Made by a program: the position numbers and the translations under genes
Notes under the pieces: generated by a model
Seen by the model: the letters and a program-made list of their open reading frames with translations, nothing else
Told to the model about the DNA's origin: nothing
Databases searched by the model: none
Part shown: positions 51,103-58,505 of the stretch, in pieces
Layout of the letters: each line of letters opens with the position of its first letter
How positions within the stretch are numbered: the first letter of the stretch is position 1
NCBI GenBank assembly: GCA_021286705.1
Contig: JAJTBW010000002.1
Span: 1 to 59,414, forward strand
Reading direction: 5' to 3'
From: Sphingobacteriia bacterium
GTDB lineage: Bacteria; Bacteroidota; Bacteroidia; Bacteroidales; TTA-H9
Length of the DNA stretch: 59,414 bases

Positions 51103-53546
51103 ACAAATCCCATTTTTTTAAGGTGAGTATTCACTTTGTCTTCTAGGGATTTTACTTCCTTATTTAGTAAAGGAAGTGGAGTATCATAGCGTTCAATCAA
51201 TTCTTTTACTCTACCTGTCAATTGCTGGCTAATGCGATCCATTTCAGTTTTAACGGTTATTTCGATTGCCGGTAGCCATTTGTGCTCAATCAAAATCGAT
51301 TGTACTTCTGTTTCGGTAAGTTGCGGATATTTTTCATACGCTTTTTTATCCAGAGCTTCTTCTTGCTTTTTAATGGAGGCTTTTAGTTCTGCTTGTTTAG
51401 CATCTAACTCAATCCATTGATTCAATAATTCGGCTTCTTCTTTGGCCTCTTTATCGCCTTTGATTTCTTTCAATCGCTTGTTGATATCTCCTTTGTTGAT
51501 TTTGTTTAATGTGCTAAAAACACCTTCCTCTCCGCTATCTTGTGGTGAGCCCGCAGAACCATTTTCTTCCTCTAATTCAGTAAGTGATGCTTGTGCGTTT
51601 TCCAGTTCTGCTTGGAGGGTATCTAAAGCCGTTTTTTCTTTTTGAAAATAAATGGATACCAACAGCTCTTTTGGTATCAAGTCGCAAGTCCAACCCTTGT
51701 CTTTTTTCTTGCCTTTATCCTTGCCCGCTTTCACTTCTTCCAATACTCTACGCGTTTCTGCTTTCCAACCATCGGCTGCAATCAAGTAGGCATCATCCTG
51801 CATGGTTTCATTCCAGTAATTCATCAAATGCTGATACACATCGTAGGCATCAATGAGTTTGGCTTTTTTGAACGCATTCAACAGGCTTTCCGATAAATCT
51901 CCGATCAATGCTTTGGGATGTGCATCTTTTCCAAAGGCATTCAGTTGGGGAACTACTTTCTTCTTCCATGCCTCATAGATTTTTGTATTCTCATTTTTCA
52001 AGGTTTCAAATTCTACATCTTGATGAATGGCAGGTTTAATTTCTGTGGCCGCCAACTTTGCCTCCAGATAACCATTTCTTGCGTTTTTGAACAAGGTATT
52101 TCGCAAACCTGGTAAGACTTCCCAGTAGGCACTCATGTTGTCAATATCGCGCAGGGGAATACCGCCATTCAAGTGCGCATCAATATCCTGAATATCTTCC
52201 AGCTCCGTAGCATCAATGTAACGAGGTATATTCAGGTTGTAATCATTTTTAGGATCAGCAATCTCATCTACAGGAACCATTCGGGAAAACTTGTCAATGG
52301 TTTCTTGTTTCATAAAGGTATCCACGATTTTATGAATGTCTTGCTCTCTCAAACGGTTTTTGTTGCCGTCTTTCATAAACCCCTTGCTGGCATCCACCAT
52401 GAATATGCCTTTTCGTGCCTGGGCATTTTCCTTATCCAAAACGAGGATACAGGCCGGTATGCCTGTTCCGTAAAACAAGTTAGCCGGTAATCCAATTACT
52501 CCTTTCAAAATACCTGAGTTGATCAGATTTCTTCTTATTCCAGCTTCCGCATTGCCTCGGAATAATACACCATGCGGCAAAATGCAAGCTGCCTTACCAG
52601 TGCTTTTCATGGAGCGGATGATGTGCAACAGGTACGCATAATCACCTTGCTTTGCAGGTGGCTCGCCCCATTCAAATCTTCTATATAAATCAGAGGTAGG
52701 TGTAATACCGGTGCTCCAGGTTTTATCGGAAAATGGCGGATTGGCTACTACATAATCGTAAGTACGGAGATTGGTACCATCGAGGAATTTGGGATTCGCC
52801 AGTGTATTTCCAGCCATGATATTGGCCGTTGGAAAATCGTGTAGAATCATATTCATTCTGGCCAGACCGGAAGTGGTCACATCCATTTCCTGACCTTCCA
52901 ACGTGATGCGCTTTCCCGCTTCAGCTGCCACTTTCAAGAGCAACGAACCCGATCCGCAAGTAGGATCATAAGCCGTGGTTGCAGCTACAGAATTTTGTGC
53001 ATTGATGCCAATCACCTTGGCGAGAATTCTACTGACCTCGGCAGGGGTATAAAATTGTCCCTTGCTTTTTCCGCTTTCCTGTGCAAAATGCTGCATGAGA
53101 TATTCATAGGCATCTCCCAAAATATCGTCATGGTCTGCACGGTTTTTTGAAAAGTCGAGTGTAGAGTTATTAAAGATATTGATCAGATTAGTCAGTCGAT
53201 CAACCATGGCTTTTCCTTCACCCAGTTTATTGGGATCGTTGAAATCAGGAAAATCACTTCTTGATAATCGAGCGTTTGCATCAATCAGCGGTTGAATTAT
53301 CTGGGTATTGATTTTGTCGCCAATATCATCCTTGCCTCTTAATTCCAGCATATCCTTAAAGCTGGAGCCCTGGGGGATGGTTACCGGAGGGGCAAAATCA
53401 TCGGTGTCAGCATACTTATCAGACACATACTTGATGAACAACATGAACAGTACGTAGTCTTTGTATTGACTGGCGTCCATGCCGCCTCTTAGTTCATCAC
53501 AACTTGCCCAGATGGAGCTGTATAATTCGGATTTTTTGATTGCCAT
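51093..53546 (-). CDS. hsdM: type I restriction-modification N6-adenine DNA methyltransferase subunit M (long form, about 330-aa C-terminal extension)
   Basis: 817 aa. SAM motif DPTCGSGSLL and catalytic VVANPPFSDK, then a Lys/Glu-rich coiled-coil-like C-terminal region. Confidence 0.93.
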   Translation of the reverse strand: MAIKKSELYSSIWASCDELRGGMDASQYKDYVLFMLFIKYVSDKYADTDDFAPPVTIPQGSSFKDMLELRGKDDIGDKINTQIIQPLIDANARLSRSDFPDFNDPNKLGEGKAMVDRLTNLINIFNNSTLDFSKNRADHDDILGDAYEYLMQHFAQESGKSKGQFYTPAEVSRILAKVIGINAQNSVAATTAYDPTCGSGSLLLKVAAEAGKRITLEGQEMDVTTSGLARMNMILHDFPTANIMAGNTLANPKFLDGTNLRTYDYVVANPPFSDKTWSTGITPTSDLYRRFEWGEPPAKQGDYAYLLHIIRSMKSTGKAACILPHGVLFRGNAEAGIRRNLINSGILKGVIGLPANLFYGTGIPACILVLDKENAQARKGIFMVDASKGFMKDGNKNRLREQDIHKIVDTFMKQETIDKFSRMVPVDEIADPKNDYNLNIPRYIDATELEDIQDIDAHLNGGIPLRDIDNMSAYWEVLPGLRNTLFKNARNGYLEAKLAATEIKPAIHQDVEFETLKNENTKIYEAWKKKVVPQLNAFGKDAHPKALIGDLSESLLNAFKKAKLIDAYDVYQHLMNYWNETMQDDAYLIAADGWKAETRRVLEEVKAGKDKGKKKDKGWTCDLIPKELLVSIYFQKEKTALDTLQAELENAQASLTELEEENGSAGSPQDSGEEGVFSTLNKINKGDINKRLKEIKGDKEAKEEAELLNQWIELDAKQAELKASIKKQEEALDKKAYEKYPQLTETEVQSILIEHKWLPAIEITVKTEMDRISQQLTGRVKELIERYDTPLPLLNKEVKSLEDKVNTHLKKMGFVWS

Positions 53547-53552
53547 ATTTCG

Positions 53553-55385
53553 TTAATTCAGTTGTTCGTCTAATTTATGAATGCCCCATATTTTTTTAGC
53601 AAGTTCTTCATACAATTCCTGTCTTTCGAATAATGCTCTTTTGTCAAAAGTAGTATAGGGCTTAAACTGCAAATTTTCCGTTTCCATGAAGCGTTTAAAC
53701 TGTGGATTGTTCTGGTAGCAATCACTGTTGAGTGATTTTGCTAATAAATTTTCACCAAAATAAATCGGTAGCTTCTTATCAAACGTCAAATCGTTTAAGC
53801 TTCTGTTCTTGTCCATTGGCAAAAGCAATAAGCCACCAAACTTGTTGCGATGACGGTCAAAGGTTTCTTTTTCAGGATATTCAGCTACAAACCAATCGTG
53901 ATGATCGCAGATGATATGTTCAATATCATAAGGGTTTTTAATTTCCCTATTGATATAGTTATTGAAATTAGATGGTATGCCACTTTGTGTTTCAATGTAA
54001 TCTGTCACACGCGAAAGAATATGAAGCATGTATCGTATGGTCCAACCATTCAAGCGAAATTCATCGATGGTTTCCAATTGAAATTCACTTTCGGTAATTT
54101 CTTGTTTGCATACTTCAAGCAAATCAGGAAGTGGTTTCCTTCTAATTCTTTTAGAAAGCATAAACACGCTGTAAACAATTGCTGAATAGTCAACGGTTTT
54201 GTAATTAAAAATTCTACGGGTAAAATACAAATCCAAAAAGCAGGAAACTAATTTAATTTTTATGTCTGATTCCTCTTTGGTTTCCGAAGGGTCAATAGCA
54301 GCTAATATTAATTGATACTGCAATGTAAAATTCCTGTCGGCATTATAGAAAACATATTCAAAACCTTTAGTTAGGGTAGCGGAGTACTTTTTTAGGTCGA
54401 GGTAAATCTGGCTGAACTTATCAAACTGTTTTAAAACAAAGTATTCAAAGTCCTTGCTTCTGACCAGTTTCATTTGTGTATTGTGTTCTCTAACCCACTT
54501 GTGAAAGGCAGTACCGATAATATCAAAATCACCCGGTGATGCATTTTTCTTTCTTTCTCTTATGGTTTCTGCGTATTGAGAACGAATCCAGTTTTTAATA
54601 AAATCGCTTTCTTCTTCCTTCCCTAAACCTTTTAATTCAAGTATTCTTTTTTTCCAGAGGTCGTTAGCTTGTTGTCGAACACTATCATTTTCAATTTTAC
54701 TGAGTAAATACCCCTTCAACATTTCGGTTGGTGTTAAACTCAACCCTCTGTCGTTCATGGACACAAATATTTTGTGAGCATCTTGCTCTGTTTGAGCTAC
54801 AATGCGGATGAAATCTACATTGTCAATAAGCCAATCTTTAAAAATATCCAATGATTCTTTAGGCAAAGTATCATTCATGATTGCTTTGATGTCCGCATAG
54901 CGATTGTAGATATTTCGAATTGTTTCCGAATGTTTCGCAACATCCATGTATTTACCCTGCAGCAATGCGTTCATCACATCATAGCGTTCAGGCATTTCGG
55001 GCACATGAATATTAAATGTCTTTGTTCCGGCTTTCTTAGAATAAATCAGTTGTAATACTTCTGCTCTTTCTTCTTCGTCTTCCAACTGATGATATAAATA
55101 GATAAGCAGAAGTGTTAAAGACGTTAATCGTTGTTGTCCATCAATGATTGCGTTATCGTCTGCGGTTAAAACTATGGACCCCATGAAATAATGGCCATAC
55201 TCCAATACTTTTCCTCTTTCGTCTTGGACGGAATAGAACTCAAAGAATTCTTCGGTTAAGTCATCAATAAGTTCCTCAATTTGTTTGGTCTGCCATTGGT
55301 ACTCACGCTGGTAATAGTGGATAGTATATTTTACTCCAGTAAATAACTCTCTGATTGTTTTTGGTGTTCCGTCAATTTTTTTCAT
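53553..55385 (-). CDS. DUF262/DUF1524 protein (GmrSD-family type IV restriction-like enzyme)
   Basis: 610 aa. N-terminal ParB/DUF262 motif IIDGQQRLTSL. C-terminal His-Me finger-like DUF1524 pattern DIEHIICDHH ... LLLLPMDKNRSLND. First gene of the operon. Confidence 0.85.
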   Translation of the reverse strand: MKKIDGTPKTIRELFTGVKYTIHYYQREYQWQTKQIEELIDDLTEEFFEFYSVQDERGKVLEYGHYFMGSIVLTADDNAIIDGQQRLTSLTLLLIYLYHQLEDEEERAEVLQLIYSKKAGTKTFNIHVPEMPERYDVMNALLQGKYMDVAKHSETIRNIYNRYADIKAIMNDTLPKESLDIFKDWLIDNVDFIRIVAQTEQDAHKIFVSMNDRGLSLTPTEMLKGYLLSKIENDSVRQQANDLWKKRILELKGLGKEEESDFIKNWIRSQYAETIRERKKNASPGDFDIIGTAFHKWVREHNTQMKLVRSKDFEYFVLKQFDKFSQIYLDLKKYSATLTKGFEYVFYNADRNFTLQYQLILAAIDPSETKEESDIKIKLVSCFLDLYFTRRIFNYKTVDYSAIVYSVFMLSKRIRRKPLPDLLEVCKQEITESEFQLETIDEFRLNGWTIRYMLHILSRVTDYIETQSGIPSNFNNYINREIKNPYDIEHIICDHHDWFVAEYPEKETFDRHRNKFGGLLLLPMDKNRSLNDLTFDKKLPIYFGENLLAKSLNSDCYQNNPQFKRFMETENLQFKPYTTFDKRALFERQELYEELAKKIWGIHKLDEQLN

Positions 55386-55503
55386 TTATATTCCTTATTT
55401 ACAAGGTCATCGTTAAAGTCTGTCCGCTTGGTCGATATGGTCTGTATGTCGTTTCTATTTTCAGTCATTGTCTTGCTGTGTCGTCTGTCTTTTTAGCATT
55501 GGT

Positions 55504-55634
55504 GGTAACGGTTGACAGATTTGCGATGGGCGGGATTTTTACCACTAATGTTTATGAGGAGCACAAAACTTTTGGCTACCACTAAACTGCCTGCGGAGCA
55601 CGAAACCCCGCCTATTGCAAATGTGCTGTTATAC
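55504..55634 (-). repeat. attC-like imperfect palindrome E
   Basis: Plus strand reads GGTAAC...GTTATAC. Arm 55515-55534 pairs with arm 55607-55626 at 16/20. Lies 6 nt after the stop at 55641. Confidence 0.7.
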
Positions 55635-55640
55635 GCAGCA

Positions 55641-56510
55641 TTACTTCCCTTTATTCGTAACACACGCTTCTCTAAATTGTATTCCTAATTCTGTTAATTC
55701 TATGTATTTTTCAATTTCTGTAATTCCAGTATGTTCAGTATCGTATTGGGCTTTAAATTTTTCATACTCGTCTGTTTTGATTAGAATGTCATAAGCATTT
55801 GGCCCAACAAGATGTCGTCCTGCTGGCATATGTAAAAGTCCAAGTCGGCATAAATTGTCTATATACTTTGATGTCAAGTCTGGATATTTACAGCCCGCCT
55901 CTTGTCCAATATTTGAATAATTATTTACAAGGTTAAGTTCACCACCCGTCCCATTTTTCATTTTTAGTTTAATGTCCATTATTGGCTTATAAACATTTGG
56001 ATAAAAAACCTTCAAAATAAGTCCTTCGTCCGATGTCATATTTTTAATTATTTCAACAAAGCCTGGATGTGCTTTTTTGATTGTCTCCTTATCCATTGAG
56101 TTTGCTATGAGATTAGCATAAAGTTCACTCAGGGTCTCATTGTTGCCTGTATACCTTAATGCTTCTAAAGCAGGTCCAACAATTGAAGGGTCAGGTGTAA
56201 CTATATTTTCTTCTGGAATATCTTTTAGCTTTTCGGCAACTCTGTTTTGAACAAACTCACTAATTTTTTCATAGCCCCAAACTAAAGCACTAATTGGGGC
56301 AAGGGCAATATTGATTGTCTTAGTAACTGTCGCTAATGACTTTCCTATTTCTTTCGCAGCAGGTTGGATTGTATCATTATATACTGGAACTGCTTTTACA
56401 AGTCCTGTTACAGCGTCAATAGTGCTTTTTACATTGCTGTCTTTAGGATTATTTTCAGGTGTCTCCATTGTTTTTATATTTAGTCTGTGTCGTTTCAAAA
56501 TGTTGCGCAT
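55641..56510 (-). CDS. Abi-alpha (DUF4393)-like protein
   Basis: Conserved-looking core PAAKEIGKSLATVTKTINIALAPISALVWGYEKI ... ELYANLIANSMD ... HPGFVEIIKNMTSDEGLILK resembles the Abi-alpha pattern. Start uncertain: ATG at 56510 lies inside the attC-like core, ATG at 56468 gives METPENN, and the track start at 56549 runs through the palindrome. Confidence 0.6.
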   Translation of the reverse strand: MRNILKRHRLNIKTMETPENNPKDSNVKSTIDAVTGLVKAVPVYNDTIQPAAKEIGKSLATVTKTINIALAPISALVWGYEKISEFVQNRVAEKLKDIPEENIVTPDPSIVGPALEALRYTGNNETLSELYANLIANSMDKETIKKAHPGFVEIIKNMTSDEGLILKVFYPNVYKPIMDIKLKMKNGTGGELNLVNNYSNIGQEAGCKYPDLTSKYIDNLCRLGLLHMPAGRHLVGPNAYDILIKTDEYEKFKAQYDTEHTGITEIEKYIELTELGIQFREACVTNKGK

Positions 56511-56639
56511 AACGTTTTGAGGCTTGGTGTAGTAGCGGATTTTTAGCACAAAAGTTCAATCGAAGAACTGCACTTGAACCTACCACAAAACTTTCATACG
56601 AAGCACAGCACCCGCCATTACGCCAAACCGCTGTTGGCG
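56508..56639 (-). repeat. attC-like imperfect palindrome F
   Basis: Plus strand reads CATAAC...GTTGGCG. GAGGCTTGGTG pairs with CGCCAAACCGC (8/11), and TAGCGG pairs with CCGCCA. Lies 7 nt after the stop at 56647. Confidence 0.6.
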
Positions 56640-56646
56640 GTAGTTT

Positions 56647-57105
56647 TTATTCACTTTTATTCTCTGTTGTGTTTTGATTCCATGTCAAACTGATTATAAC
56701 TAAAATTGCAAGTGGGAAAATGGTATAAACCAAGAACTCTGTTATGTCATAATAGTAGGCGAATTTGTCGCCCCAATAATAATATCTTGAAAAGCCATCA
56801 AATGGCCAAAAGTCATTAAAACCACCGTTAGAGTTTTCACTTTTAAAAGCTCCTCCGGAAAATATTAATAAAAGTGAGAGATGCAGAAGTATCCAAGCCA
56901 AATACCATCCCATAGCTTTTTTAAGAAATTGATAGTCTATTGAAGACTTGTGAACTTCAGCTACTTGTCTTGTAATTTCTTTTTCAATAATTACTTCAGC
57001 AAGTTTTTCCTTCAATGTAGGTTCGCCTTCTGTCTGCTTGTGTCCACAATGCGAACAGAATTTTGAGTTGTCTGGGATTTGTGCCCCACATTCTATACAA
57101 TACAT
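56647..57105 (-). CDS. zinc-ribbon membrane protein
   Basis: 152 aa. N-terminal CxxC-X12-CxxC ribbon (YCIECGAQIPDNSKFCSHCG), then two hydrophobic segments (residues about 66-85 and 124-143). Confidence 0.6.
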   Translation of the reverse strand: MYCIECGAQIPDNSKFCSHCGHKQTEGEPTLKEKLAEVIIEKEITRQVAEVHKSSIDYQFLKKAMGWYLAWILLHLSLLLIFSGGAFKSENSNGGFNDFWPFDGFSRYYYWGDKFAYYYDITEFLVYTIFPLAILVIISLTWNQNTTENKSE

Positions 57106-57132
57106 ATTTTTATCTTTTGAATTGGTTGATAA

Positions 57133-57744
57133 TTAACACCTAACTCTTTTAATTGCTTCGTAGTCTTTTACAAATTTGTCAAGCTTGTATTCGTTGGAAT
57201 TGTATAATTCTCCTACAGTTGTCCCACAATAGCAAGTAAGAATAGCATCTTCGGTTGTGTTCTTTTCAAACAAAGCGAATTGATCGGGATTTACTTCAAA
57301 TGTTAATCTCAATACTTCTCCGTATTCAAGTCTTACAGGGAATTTTAACTGCTCCTTTGGAAACATCAGAAAAGTATCGTGCTCAATACCTGGCTTTAAT
57401 TCAAATTTCGGTGACACTTTAAAATATGGTTGATTAAAATATCTGTGCTCCTTTGTTAGATTGGTTATAGTTACACCCCAAAGGACAGCATTGTTCCCAT
57501 AGTTGGCAATTGCCGCAATAACTGTTAAGTAAATATTTGCTCCAACTTTCATTTCGCTTTCTAAATTGTTGTGTTTTTGAAGTTCAGTCAGTATCTCTTT
57601 TGGCAATTCAGATAGTTTGTTTTGAAAATCTATAAAAAATTTTCTCACCTGCTCTGTGTCAGAAAGGCTGATTGAAATTGTTGAGTTGTCGGCATCTTGT
57701 ATTACAACATTACCGTGTCCGTCTATATGTGAATTATTTAGCAT
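57133..57744 (-). CDS. hypothetical soluble protein sharing an N-terminal 25-aa module with the upstream small TM protein
   Basis: 203 aa with no known motif. The N-terminus MLNNSHIDGHGNVVIQDADNSTISI aligns with MKNESKIQGERNVNIQNVSKSKVSI of the 57734-57943 ORF. Confidence 0.55.
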   Translation of the reverse strand: MLNNSHIDGHGNVVIQDADNSTISISLSDTEQVRKFFIDFQNKLSELPKEILTELQKHNNLESEMKVGANIYLTVIAAIANYGNNAVLWGVTITNLTKEHRYFNQPYFKVSPKFELKPGIEHDTFLMFPKEQLKFPVRLEYGEVLRLTFEVNPDQFALFEKNTTEDAILTCYCGTTVGELYNSNEYKLDKFVKDYEAIKRVRC

Positions 57745-57943
57745 AAAACAAATTTATAAGTTGCTCCCATCCAATTAAAATTTGAATAATAAGTCCAAAT
57801 AATGCAATAATAACAGGAATAATGATCCAAAATTTGTTCACTTTACCTGCAGTTACTTTCTTGTCGCCAATTGAAACTTTGGATTTAGAAACATTTTGGA
57901 TGTTTACATTTCTCTCTCCTTGTATTTTGCTTTCATTTTTCAT
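57734..57943 (-). CDS. small single-pass membrane protein
   Basis: 69 aa. Polar N-terminus and one TM segment (FWIIIPVIIALFGLIIQILIGW). Overlaps the next ORF by 11 nt. Confidence 0.45.
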   Translation of the reverse strand: MKNESKIQGERNVNIQNVSKSKVSIGDKKVTAGKVNKFWIIIPVIIALFGLIIQILIGWEQLINLFYAK

Positions 57944-58106
57944 TTTTCATTTTACAATTTGTGTGTCTTTAAAATTACTGTCAACTCATTTATCTTAGTA
58001 CATGACAAAAATTAACCTAATGAAAATCAGTAAATTAAGATAAGAAAAATTTGGAAATGACGTTGATTTTCAATAAATAAGAAGAATAATACTAATCATT
58101 TTTCTA

Positions 58107-58298
58107 ATGAAGAAAACCAACGTCACGAGTAAAATTACTGATTTGTTCCCAATATTAGATACTCATTTCAAAGGAAAAATCAATCGTTCCAGATTAAAAT
58201 TGATGTCTATGTTTGTAATCGCGCTCTGTAAGGTCCAAACGGTCTGCTTTGAGAAGCTTTCGAAGGCTTTCGATAGTGAAGCATTACCCTCTTCCTCC
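58107..58298 (+). pseudogene. N-terminal fragment of a DDE-type transposase (IS4-like, family uncertain), truncated
   Basis: The first about 60 aa (LFPILDTHFKGKINRSRLKLMSMFVIALCKVQTVCFEKLSKAF) resemble the N-termini of IS transposases, from memory. The reading frame runs into the unrelated 119-bp repeat at 58299, and no DDE domain follows. Confidence 0.35.
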
Positions 58299-58417
58299 TC
58301 AAATTCATACCAAGGGATAAACGGATCATAAGTCCCCTCAAGACTCATGCAGTTGTCATAACCTAAAACCAGACATCGGGTTAAAGGATACATCCTACTG
58401 CTCAATTTAGCTTAGTC
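58299..58417 (-). repeat. 119-bp direct repeat, copy 1 (5' UTR + first 36 codons of the glycine-zipper gene family, truncated copy)
   Basis: 107/119 identical to 59295-59413. TTG replaces the ATG start. The coding continuation is antisense transposase sequence, so this is a gene remnant. Confidence 0.85.
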
Positions 58418-58468
58418 AAATATATTAAATTGAAGCAACAGTTGCGATAAAAACACCAGTTGTAGTTA

Positions 58469-58502
58469 AACAATGAACCCCATCTAAACGGACTTCATTG
58501 TT
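58469..58502 (-). terminator. hairpin 3 nt after the stop of the 4-TM gene (weak terminator candidate)
   Basis: AACAATGAA ... TTCATTGTT 9-bp stem with a 16-nt loop, followed on the minus strand by TTTAAC. Confidence 0.3.
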
Positions 58503-58505
58503 AGG

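Larger units (their letters stand above)
43411..57943 (-). mobile_element. integron-type gene-cassette array (six attC-like sites, 13 co-oriented ORFs, no integrase in window)
   Basis: Six palindromic TAAC...GTTA elements, each directly 3' of minus-strand ORFs. AT-rich cargo contrasts with GC-rich sites. See findings. Confidence 0.65.

Noticed and set aside
58464-58505. Possible seventh attC-like site (CCTAAC AATGAAG ... TTCATT GTTTAAC on the minus strand) after the 4-TM gene
   Set aside because: It is only about 41 nt end to end, well below the 78-136 bp of the six family members and below the usual attC size range. It lacks the GGCGG/CCGCC arm motifs. I kept it as a weak terminator hairpin instead.
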